Shown: piece after piece, positions 24,243 through 32,000 of the stretch
How the letters are laid out: every line of letters begins with the position of its first letter
Numbering within the stretch: position 1 is the first letter of the stretch
Assembly: GCF_003945235.1 (NCBI RefSeq)
Contig: NZ_RSDW01000001.1
Coordinates: 510,001 to 542,000, forward strand
Direction: 5' to 3'
Source: Edaphobacter aggregans
GTDB lineage: Bacteria > Acidobacteriota > Terriglobia > Terriglobales > Acidobacteriaceae
Length of the DNA stretch: 32,000 bases
Made by a program: the position numbers and the translations under genes
The notes under the pieces: generated by a model
Told to the model about the DNA's origin: nothing
Database searches by the model: none
What the model saw: the letters and a program-made list of their open reading frames with translations, nothing else

Positions 24243-27200
24243 TTAGAAGTTGATACGCGCCGTGAGTTGGGTCAAACGAGGATCGTTTGCCTGAGTCAGC
24301 GTTACGACACCGTAAGAGCTTGAGCCAGGCGTCGTGCCTGGACCGCCGAAGTTAGGTGTGTTTAGGACATTGAAGAACTCGCCACGAATCTCAAAATTCA
24401 GCCGCTCACGCAATTTGAATTGCTTGAACAGGGAAAAATCCACCAAGGGGTGAACTCTCTGGCGAACACCATTCATGTACGGTCCAATGTTGTTCAGCGT
24501 AAATGCAAGATGCTGTTGGAACGCCGGTGTGGAAGAAGCGCTGTCGCAACCGGGTGCCGAAGCAGTCGTCATCACCAACGCTCCAGCTGCATTTTCGTAA
24601 CAGGTATTGAAATACCGTCCATAGGTGGCATTTCCCAGACGTGGTGTGCTGAGCGGCGTGACATTTCCGGGGGTTGCAACAAGGCCGCCATTCTGTGCGC
24701 GGAGCACGCCGTTCATCTGCCATCCTCCAAACGGTACCCGCACATAGCCTGGTTTGTCGGACAACGAGGAGAACTGATAAATTCCGACGAGATTTGCTAC
24801 GAGATTCGGATTGGAATCCTCATAGCGGAATGGAGAGTCGAAATTGTCCTGCGCGTTCAGATAGGTGGTCTGATCCATGATCTTGGACCACGTAAAGTTT
24901 CCCTGGATCGTCACACCGTGGCCTGCACGCTTGGTCACGGTCGTTTGCAACGCGTTGTACAGAACGTTGCCCGTGGAGGCGTAGTTGGCGGTTACACCCG
25001 TGAATTGAGGAAATGGCGTAAGCAGGAACTGCCGTTGAACCGTTGCTGTGTTCAACGAGGATCCAGGCAGCAAGCCAGCCATAGGATTGGGAACCTGGGT
25101 CTGCAGGTAAGTGATTCCTGCTGCACCCTGGTTGTAATACTGAGCAGGCACTGCGTTAATACTCTTGTTGATCTCAAGCTGAGATGCTTTATTTCCTACA
25201 TATGCGACCTGGAGCACCAGGTTGGCCGGTAACTGCGTCTGGACGCTGGCCGAATACTGGATAATCTTCGGTTGCGTATGGTCTGGGTAGGGGAAGGTCA
25301 CACTCTGGCCAACCTGCGTCGCAAGCCCCAGCGAACTCCCTGTCGGAAGATTCGCTCCATTGGGAAACGGGTTGCTTAGACTAATTGCGGGATGAGTATT
25401 GTCCAGTGTTGCTACATAATTGGTGGAAGAGCTGAACCCCTGGCCTAATGGGCTTTCTCGCGTGTTGAAGTAGATAATTCCGAAGCCGCCACGAAGCACC
25501 ATGTTGGAGCTCAATTGATACTCGGCACCAAGTCTCGGCTGGAAGTTATTGAAGTCTTTGGGAAAAGGATAACGATTCGATGAGCTTGCAAAGAGCAAGC
25601 CGCCGTTCAGCGTAAGGCCGGACACAGATGACTGGAGTGGGTTCTGGCAAGTTGTGCAAAAGCCAATGTTCTGCCGGTTGAATCGCTCCGTAAACGGAGA
25701 CTCATAGTCCCAACGAAGACCTGCGTTTATCGTCAGGTTCCTGCTTACGCGCCAATCGTCCTGCACATACAGTGCGTAATAAAGCTGCTGCAGCGCATAG
25801 GCTACTTGATTGGTGTAGCTCCCGCTCGTCGAACTGGTGTTTGAAGGATAGCCAAGCAGTAATGATGCAAAAGGATTTCCGGAGGCCGAATCACCCCCAA
25901 CGGTGCAAGTTGAGGACGTCGAGCAGCTCGAATTCTTTTGAGTGAATTGACGATTGAAGAGAAAGGTGCCTAAACCACTCTGCGGGTTCTGCACGTTGTA
26001 TCGGATGATATTGCCCTCGAATCCAGCTCGTAACGCGTGCCGCTGGATCGTCTTCGAAACCAACACCGAGTACGATCCAAGTGTATCCGTGCTGATCTGT
26101 CCCGAACTTCCCGCCGAGAGCCCGCTATACGGCGTCGATGAACCCGGACTGGTGCCCGAAGCCGAGCCAATGGTTGTGCAGGCATCACAACCATAGACGC
26201 CGGGGAAGGATTGATACGGGAGCCCCGTTCCGTTCATGTTTATCGTGGAAAGATTGAATGTGTTTCCTGGATAGATCAGCCCAAATGGGTGATAAATAAC
26301 CCCACCACGAGCATCTACAACGAGCGTCGGCGAAATCACTGTGACGTAATCCAAACTACCACCCATGTTATTGCGGTAAACCGTGTAGCCAACTCCGGTT
26401 GGAGCAACCAGCTTGGGAAAGCCCGCGTGCGGTTGGATTTGATTGAGAACAGCTTTAAAGAAGGTGGCGTTGAATTTGTTGCGATCTGAAATCGAGTGAT
26501 CTACCCGCGTTACAAATGAATAATACTTGTTTGGCGAAGATGTGTCGGACGAGATGTAGTTCACGGTGGCGCTTTGACTGCTATTCGGTACCGGATAATA
26601 GCTCATCAATGCTGCGCCCGCTGCATTGATTCTCGAAGTAGGAATCTTGTTGTTTGCGAAAGGCGTCCGATTTCCGGAGGCGTCAGCCGTTAGAGGATCA
26701 TAGATTTGAACGCCTGCTCCCGGAAGACAGACTCCATTTACGTCGTAGCTGGAGCAAAGGCTCGAGAAATCTCCACTAGCCTGCGCAGCCGTTGGCACCA
26801 GCCCCGAAAAAGGAACCGGTTGATGCAGTTGGAGCCGTTCGTAAGCAGCCATGAAGAAGGTCTTGTTGTGGCCGTTGTAGATATGCGGGATGTCCAACGG
26901 CCCATTGATCACAAATCCCGGCTGGCTCCACTGATCGTTCACTCGGTGCGTTGGATTGACTGCAGCATTTTGTGTCGGTACGCGCTCATAGGTATTCGCG
27001 TTCAAATATGTGTTCCGAAAGACGAAGTAGGCGGAGCCGTGGTACTCGTTCGATCCGCTTCTCAACACGGTATTCAAGACGGTGCCGTTACCATGTCCGT
27101 ACTGTGCGTCGTAAAGCGCTGTCTGAGTCTTGACCTCCTGCACCGCCTCGGGCGAGGGCACAAATCCGGTATAGCTCGCGCCTGAGAGCCGTTCTGCCGG

Positions 27201-27866
27201 ATCATCGGGGATACCGTCGAGGGTCAGCCGATTGTGACCACTGCTTCCATTCGCAATGATCTGCACTGCCGTTCCACTGAAGGGATTCGTAAAGCCGCTC
27301 GCCTTCGATTGCATATAAGCGCCGGTCGTAACGCCGGCGGCCAACGTAGAGAGCACGAATGGGTTGCGCCCGACGTTCGGCAGGTCGGTCACCTCCTTCG
27401 TTCCGAGTGTCGTCCCAAGATTGGCTGAACCCGTATCAAGCAGCGCCGTCTCTGCGGTAACTACTACCTGCTCCCCAACTTTACCGACCGACAAGGAAAA
27501 ATCGGCCTGTACATTCGCCCCGGCTGTTAGAACAATTCCCGTTCGGGTCTCAGCTCGAAAGCCCGAACCTGCAACGGTCACGCTGTAGGTTCCAGGGGTA
27601 AGAAACGGGATCGAGTATCCACCAGAACCGTTAGTGACTACCTTGGTAACGAACTTCGTGGTGGCATTCGTTGCCGTTACGTCGGCCTTGGGGATCACAG
27701 CTCCCGACAAATCGGTGACCTGACCGGTCAGAGTGGCGAGATATTGCTGAGCCTGAATTGGCGCGTCCGACAGACAACCAAAAACCAGCACGCAGACTAT
27801 TGTCAGCAGCCACGGTTGGCCAGGTACTGAGACCACTCGATTCTTCATTCCCTGTATCTTCTTCAT
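24243..27866 (-). CDS. TonB-dependent receptor-like outer-membrane protein with an N-terminal carboxypeptidase-regulatory-like domain
   Basis: The start is chosen at ATG 27864..27866, which has a GGAGGA SD. The TTG at 27971 is rejected. The signal peptide is followed by a CarboxypepD_reg-like domain (LTGQVTDLSGAVIPKADVTATN...GGYSIPFLTPGTYSVTVAGSGF) and a plug-like region. A long beta-barrel ends in the aromatic residue ...TARINF. Confidence 0.9.
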   Translation of the reverse strand: MKKIQGMKNRVVSVPGQPWLLTIVCVLVFGCLSDAPIQAQQYLATLTGQVTDLSGAVIPKADVTATNATTKFVTKVVTNGSGGYSIPFLTPGTYSVTVAGSGFRAETRTGIVLTAGANVQADFSLSVGKVGEQVVVTAETALLDTGSANLGTTLGTKEVTDLPNVGRNPFVLSTLAAGVTTGAYMQSKASGFTNPFSGTAVQIIANGSSGHNRLTLDGIPDDPAERLSGASYTGFVPSPEAVQEVKTQTALYDAQYGHGNGTVLNTVLRSGSNEYHGSAYFVFRNTYLNANTYERVPTQNAAVNPTHRVNDQWSQPGFVINGPLDIPHIYNGHNKTFFMAAYERLQLHQPVPFSGLVPTAAQASGDFSSLCSSYDVNGVCLPGAGVQIYDPLTADASGNRTPFANNKIPTSRINAAGAALMSYYPVPNSSQSATVNYISSDTSSPNKYYSFVTRVDHSISDRNKFNATFFKAVLNQIQPHAGFPKLVAPTGVGYTVYRNNMGGSLDYVTVISPTLVVDARGGVIYHPFGLIYPGNTFNLSTINMNGTGLPYQSFPGVYGCDACTTIGSASGTSPGSSTPYSGLSAGSSGQISTDTLGSYSVLVSKTIQRHALRAGFEGNIIRYNVQNPQSGLGTFLFNRQFTQKNSSCSTSSTCTVGGDSASGNPFASLLLGYPSNTSSTSGSYTNQVAYALQQLYYALYVQDDWRVSRNLTINAGLRWDYESPFTERFNRQNIGFCTTCQNPLQSSVSGLTLNGGLLFASSSNRYPFPKDFNNFQPRLGAEYQLSSNMVLRGGFGIIYFNTRESPLGQGFSSSTNYVATLDNTHPAISLSNPFPNGANLPTGSSLGLATQVGQSVTFPYPDHTQPKIIQYSASVQTQLPANLVLQVAYVGNKASQLEINKSINAVPAQYYNQGAAGITYLQTQVPNPMAGLLPGSSLNTATVQRQFLLTPFPQFTGVTANYASTGNVLYNALQTTVTKRAGHGVTIQGNFTWSKIMDQTTYLNAQDNFDSPFRYEDSNPNLVANLVGIYQFSSLSDKPGYVRVPFGGWQMNGVLRAQNGGLVATPGNVTPLSTPRLGNATYGRYFNTCYENAAGALVMTTASAPGCDSASSTPAFQQHLAFTLNNIGPYMNGVRQRVHPLVDFSLFKQFKLRERLNFEIRGEFFNVLNTPNFGGPGTTPGSSSYGVVTLTQANDPRLTQLTARINF

Positions 27867-27959
27867 CCTGTCCTCCAAGCCGTTCTCATACGTTTTTTCC
27901 CAGCTTCCCTGCCCGTCATCAGGCGTCCATGTGCAGGTCTCTGAAAAGTTGGGATTTGA

Positions 27960-28183
27960 AACCGGTTGCAAAGGTAGTTCCCCATCGCGTAGTTTTGCAA
28001 TTGGTTTTCTCTTCTCTTCTCGTAGATCTCGATATATGAGATAAATTTTTTGAACTTACATTGAAATATAAGAAATTATTGGAAGAGATAGATTATTTGA
28101 AATTGTTGTTTGTCTCGCTTATTGAGACAAATAAAAAAATAGAAAGATCAAATAGAAATAAGTTGTCTATTGACGGAGCGCTT
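27960..28183. promoter_or_regulatory. Divergent control region with a very AT-rich, repeat-dense segment
   Basis: TTGCAAA at 27966..27972 and TTTGCAA at 27994..28000 form an inverted pair. TTTGTCTC at 28109..28116 and GAGACAAA at 28124..28131 form an 8-bp inverted repeat, and TTGTCT recurs at 28163..28168. AAATAGAAA is directly repeated at 28137..28145 and 28150..28158. By hand count, 28061..28160 has about 22 G+C per 100 nt, while the flanking genes are clearly GC-rich. Confidence 0.4.
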
Positions 28184-29314
28184 GTGAAAACTTCCCGAGA
28201 CCTCAAGTCGGGTCCACCGAAAGAAACGGAGTCTGTCGCCAAGGCATGTCAGATACTGGCAGCACTTGAAGCAGAAGAGAAGCCACTACGGTTGAGGGAT
28301 GTGGTCGAACGAACAGGCATTCACCGGGCGACGGCCTTCCGTATTCTTGCAACATTGCAACATCACGGACTTGTGAACAAGACACCGCTCAGGACGTATC
28401 GCTCTGTCATCAGGAGACTTCCACTACGGAACATTCGCATTGGCTACGCCGCCCAATCAGACGAATTCGCATTTTCGAGAGCAGTAACCGATGGTCTCAT
28501 ATCGAGTGCGAAAAAGGCAGGCATCGAACTGATTGTTCTGAACAATGCGTACAGTCCCATTGTCGCACTCCAAAATGCAGAGGCTCTCGTCAAAGAAGAT
28601 GTACAGCTGGTGATGGAGTTTCAGACAGATTCGAGCGTCGCTCCGCTCATTTCTGCGAAATTGCTGGAGAAGCGGATTCCCCTTATCGCAATCGAAATTC
28701 CGCACCCCAACGCAATTTACTTCGGCGCGAACAACTCTCAAGCTGGACTGATCGCAGGACGATATCTCGGTAGATGGGCTGAGACTAACTGGAGAGGAAA
28801 AGTCGACGAAGTGATTCTCCTTGGACTGCCGATGGCAGGCTCTCTACCGGCTTCGCGTCTCACAGGCGCATTGCTGGGCTTACGCGAGATTATGCCCGGC
28901 GTTGCAGACAGCCAAGTCCGGGTGCTCAGTGGCGACGGGAAGCTGGAGGCAAGCTATGACGCTGTTAAGCAGTACCTTCGAAAGAACAAACGGGAGCATA
29001 TTCTCGTGAGCACGATCAACGATACAAGCGCAATGGGAGCACTGCTGGCGTTCAAAGAAGCCGGTCGAGAGAAACACTGCGCGATCGTAGGTCAGAATGC
29101 AAGCAGTGACGCCATCCTTGAATTGGGCCGCCCGAAGACGAGACTGATTGGCTCTGTAGGATACTTTCCGGAAAAATATGGGGAACAGCTTATTCGACTC
29201 GCACTGCAGTTGCTGGAAAAAAAACAGGTGCCCCAGGCAAACTTTGTGAAACATCACTTGATAACACCGAACAACCTTCGCGAATATTATCCCTTGGTGA
29301 GAGGCTTGTCATAG
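28184..29314 (+). CDS. Hybrid transcriptional regulator: IclR-type winged HTH fused to a PBP1 (RbsB/LacI-type) sugar-binding domain
   Basis: The start is proposed at GTG 28184, with GGAG at 28175..28178. The track start TTG 28061 lies in the AT-rich region and is rejected. The HTH is KACQILAALEAEEKPLRLRDVVERTGIHRATAFRILATLQHHGLV. The PBP1-like body is IRIGYAAQSDEFAFSRAVTDGLISSAKKAGIELIVLNNAYSP...PLIAIEIPHP...ILVSTINDTSAMGALLAFKEAG. Confidence 0.8.
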   Translation: MKTSRDLKSGPPKETESVAKACQILAALEAEEKPLRLRDVVERTGIHRATAFRILATLQHHGLVNKTPLRTYRSVIRRLPLRNIRIGYAAQSDEFAFSRAVTDGLISSAKKAGIELIVLNNAYSPIVALQNAEALVKEDVQLVMEFQTDSSVAPLISAKLLEKRIPLIAIEIPHPNAIYFGANNSQAGLIAGRYLGRWAETNWRGKVDEVILLGLPMAGSLPASRLTGALLGLREIMPGVADSQVRVLSGDGKLEASYDAVKQYLRKNKREHILVSTINDTSAMGALLAFKEAGREKHCAIVGQNASSDAILELGRPKTRLIGSVGYFPEKYGEQLIRLALQLLEKKQVPQANFVKHHLITPNNLREYYPLVRGLS

Positions 29315-29478
29315 GTTGTTGGAACGTTGAGGTGGTTCGGAATTTCGCCTTGGATTCATCTTCGACTGTATTGCGAGCAGGAATTGGAGGGACGCAACTG
29401 ATGCCGCCAAAAGGCACCCCTCGCCCCCCGGGGATTACAGGTTGAACACTCCACGCTCCTGACGCCAGCTGATCCTCT

Positions 29479-32000
29479 CTAATGCTGAACCCGGAGCAGA
29501 ACAATCGGAGGATTCGGACGGAATCGCGATGCATTGATAGACGGATCGGATCCGTCGGGCGGTGGGCCAACCGCCGGGCGTCCCGCTTCTTCTTTCGGGG
29601 GAGTCGGCCTCGGGAATCCACCCGAAGTTGTTTGTTGCAGCTCGATCTGCTCGCCCTTCAGCATCCCCGTGTAGGTGTTGTTTCCGGCTTTGAAGGACAC
29701 CTGATCGCCATCGATCTTGCCGTCCGTGATCGGGGCCGGTACATCGGCGCCGCCAAAGAACCCGCCGCCGGTGCCCTCCACGGTGCCGGTTAGACTGCTC
29801 CCTTCCTGACGCAGAGTGTACACACTGCTCCCCGCCCCCCTCAGAAGCGCGGCGATGCCGGTGTCGCCAGCGGTTGGCGGAACCGGCCGCCACAGGCCAG
29901 TGATGCCTGATCCCGTCGGAACTTCACGCTGCCAGAGCGCCACTTGCGGACGAAGCGTGACCCCTTTCACCGTAATCGTGACACTGGCCGGTGCCAGTCC
30001 TGGAGACGTCGCCTCAACCGTGATGTTCCCGGCTGTCTTCATTGACTGCACAAGAGCCATGCAGAGACCAGCGAAGGCCTTCCGCGATGTGCCCTTATCG
30101 GATCCGTGATCCGTGGGGTCGCCGTTGCCCACACCGATCAGCTTCCCCTCCCCTGATACCCGGAATGTCACTTCGTTATCGGTGATGGGGACGCCTCGGC
30201 CCTCGGCATCCTGAACCTCAATTGAGAGCATGGCAACATCCTCGCCATCGGCGGAGACCTCCCTGCGGTCCGCATTCATCACCAACCTGGCAGCAGCCCC
30301 CGTGGTTTCCCGTTTGTCCGTCATCACGACCTTGCCGTCTTTGTACCCGCGTGCCTCGATGGCTCCGGGAGCATATCTGACGACCCACGCCAGATGCGAA
30401 TCCTTTTTCATATCCTTCGCGCCGAGACTCTGGCCATTGAAGAACAACTCCACCTTGTCCAGGTTCGAATACACCCAAACTGCGATTTCCTTCCCTTCCA
30501 TCCCCGGCCAATTCCAATGCGGGAAGAGATGCAGAAGCGGCTTGGCAGTCCACCACGACTGGTAGTAAAAGAACGTGTCCTTGGGGAAGCCGCAAGTATC
30601 GATAATCCCATACTGCGAGCTGATGTTTGGCCACTCATATGGCGAAGGCTCCCCGCGATAGTCGAACCCCGTCCATACAAAGCCTCCCGAGCACCACTGC
30701 CGCGAATTGCAGAACCGCCACCAGCCTTCCGCCGATGCGCGGCCCGTAGTGGTGTACGGATCATACGAGCCGACATAGCCTTTCGTCGGATCGGTAACAT
30801 AGATGCCGCGCGTCCCGACGGCGCTCACAGTCTCCGTGCCAATGATTGGGTGTTCGGGATGCGCCTTGTGATATTCCTCCGCCTGCGGGTCCATGTAGTT
30901 GTAGCCCATCACGTCACACACCACCAGGCCGCCAACTCCAATCGCACGGATAGGAGCGATCGACACCGGCCGCGAACCATCGTATTCCGTCGCAACTGCT
31001 TTCATCGCCGTCAGAATATGCAGTCCCGTCTCCGTGTTCGCTTGGCCTTCTTCATTCCCCATGGACCACATAAAGACGCTTGGATGATTCCGGTCGCGCC
31101 GCACCAAGTCCCCGAACTGGCTCAAGCCTTCTGGATTGGACGACATCATGCGAGTCTCATCAAACACCAGCATCCCGAGCTCATCACAGGCATTGAGCAA
31201 CTCCGTAGTGGGAGGATTATGTGACGTGCGAAGGGAGTTGCAGCCCATCTCCTGAAGCTTTCGTATGCGGTAATACTGAACCGCATCTGGCACTGCGGCG
31301 CCCACTCCGGCGTGGTCCTGGTGATTGCAAGTCCCTTTCAGCTTTACGGGGTTCCCATTCAGAAAAAATCCCTTCTCCGCGTCGAAGTTCACGGTGCGAA
31401 TCCCAAACGGTGTCTCGTAGCGATCGACAACCTCACCACCCGCTTCCACTTCAGTCACCAGCCTGTAGAGATTTCTCTCTTCGAGAGACCACAGGAGAGG
31501 CCGACTGACCGCGATCTCCTGCTCGTACGTCTTCTCTCCTCCTTCCGGAATTGCAGCGGCGGATGTGGCTGCTTTTCCCACTGCCTTGCCAGAGGGATCG
31601 AGCACCGTCGAGATTACACGCGCGTTCTGTACAGACTTGCCTTGGTTGTTCACCTCAGTGTCGATAGAAAGAGTGGCTTTGCCCGGTTGAACCTGGCTCC
31701 TCACAAACGTGCCCCATTTCTTTAGGTGAACCGGATGCGTCTTCACCAGCCACACATGCCTGTAGATTCCGGCTCCTTCATAGAACCAGCCATCGCTCGA
31801 GGTCGCATCAACTCGCACCAGCAGGACATTCCTGCCGCCCGGCTTCACAAAATCGCTCACATCGAAGCTGAACGGATCGTATCCGCCGCTATGTAGGCCG
31901 ATGTAAAAGCCATTGAACACTACCATCGTCTCCCGGTATGAACCATCGAACTCAAGCGTGATCCGCTTGCCAGCGTCCGCAGCGGGAAGGTCGAAGACGC
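29479..32000 (-). CDS. GH2-family glycosidase (beta-galactosidase-like), 5'-truncated by the window end
   Basis: The frame stays open upstream of the track's ATG at 31926 to position 32000 (...VFDLPAADAGKRITLEFDGSYRET-MVVFNGFYIGLHSGGYDPFSFDV), so the true N-terminus lies outside the window. GH2 motifs are present: NHQDHAGVG, LRTSHNPP, NHPSVFMWSMGNEEG. Confidence 0.9.
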   Translation of the reverse strand, partial: VFDLPAADAGKRITLEFDGSYRETMVVFNGFYIGLHSGGYDPFSFDVSDFVKPGGRNVLLVRVDATSSDGWFYEGAGIYRHVWLVKTHPVHLKKWGTFVRSQVQPGKATLSIDTEVNNQGKSVQNARVISTVLDPSGKAVGKAATSAAAIPEGGEKTYEQEIAVSRPLLWSLEERNLYRLVTEVEAGGEVVDRYETPFGIRTVNFDAEKGFFLNGNPVKLKGTCNHQDHAGVGAAVPDAVQYYRIRKLQEMGCNSLRTSHNPPTTELLNACDELGMLVFDETRMMSSNPEGLSQFGDLVRRDRNHPSVFMWSMGNEEGQANTETGLHILTAMKAVATEYDGSRPVSIAPIRAIGVGGLVVCDVMGYNYMDPQAEEYHKAHPEHPIIGTETVSAVGTRGIYVTDPTKGYVGSYDPYTTTGRASAEGWWRFCNSRQWCSGGFVWTGFDYRGEPSPYEWPNISSQYGIIDTCGFPKDTFFYYQSWWTAKPLLHLFPHWNWPGMEGKEIAVWVYSNLDKVELFFNGQSLGAKDMKKDSHLAWVVRYAPGAIEARGYKDGKVVMTDKRETTGAAARLVMNADRREVSADGEDVAMLSIEVQDAEGRGVPITDNEVTFRVSGEGKLIGVGNGDPTDHGSDKGTSRKAFAGLCMALVQSMKTAGNITVEATSPGLAPASVTITVKGVTLRPQVALWQREVPTGSGITGLWRPVPPTAGDTGIAALLRGAGSSVYTLRQEGSSLTGTVEGTGGGFFGGADVPAPITDGKIDGDQVSFKAGNNTYTGMLKGEQIELQQTTSGGFPRPTPPKEEAGRPAVGPPPDGSDPSINASRFRPNPPIVLLRVQH

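Noticed and set aside
27867-27971. An upstream TTG-initiated extension of the TonB-dependent receptor ORF.
   Set aside because: The added 35 residues (QPVSNPNFSETCTWTPDDGQ...) precede the signal peptide and have no SD. The ATG at 27866 has a GGAGGA SD and gives a normal signal peptide.
28061-28183. A TTG-initiated N-terminal extension of the hybrid regulator (MKYKKLLEEIDYLK...).
   Set aside because: It lies in an approximately 22% G+C, repeat-rich segment unlike the coding DNA around it. A GTG at 28184 with a well-spaced GGAG gives a normal IclR-type N-terminus.
1-32000. A search by eye for CRISPR arrays, tRNA or rRNA genes, IS elements, integrases, prophage genes, toxin-antitoxin pairs and known defence-system signatures.
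   Set aside because: No spaced direct-repeat arrays, no transposase, integrase or nuclease/ATPase defence-type proteins, and no terminal inverted repeats were found. Every large ORF has a metabolic, transport or regulatory assignment, or is a small orphan.

Overview
By gene content this 32-kb window looks like chromosomal DNA from a moderately GC-rich soil bacterium. It best fits Acidobacteriota (Terriglobia-like), given a >1200-aa CarboxypepD_reg-type TonB-dependent receptor, a PEP-CTERM signal and many secreted CAZymes; this taxonomic call is inference. I support about 20 protein genes. The left half is mostly housekeeping. It holds hemC, a MarR regulator and a divergent exported SRPBCC-like protein, hemA with an overlapping CcsA/HemX-like membrane protein, and an orphan exported protein. 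It then carries a mutS-anmK-solute-binding lipoprotein chain joined by two ATGA overlaps. The right half is accessory and carbohydrate-oriented. It holds a membrane-anchored hypothetical, a 1114-aa ORF ending in a PL4 rhamnogalacturonan-lyase-like enzyme, otsA-otsB, a GAF (fRMsr-like) protein, and a TonB receptor / GH106-like hydrolase / AraA-FucI-type isomerase operon. A hybrid regulator lies divergent to that operon, and a 5'-truncated GH2 glycosidase runs off the window end. I saw no rRNA, tRNA, CRISPR array, transposase or integrase, and no recognisable defence or toxin genes. I cannot point to a clear new multi-gene system. The most unusual items are architectural. (1) A complete PEP-CTERM sorting signal sits in the middle of an ORF and runs in-frame into a second signal peptide plus the lyase. 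(2) The trehalose-6-phosphate synthase carries an N-terminal TM / periplasmic-sensor / TM / HAMP-like module. (3) An IclR-type wHTH is fused to a periplasmic-binding-protein (PBP1) sugar-binding domain, next to a very AT-rich, repeat-dense divergent control region. All product calls come from reading the supplied translations and motifs. No database search was run.
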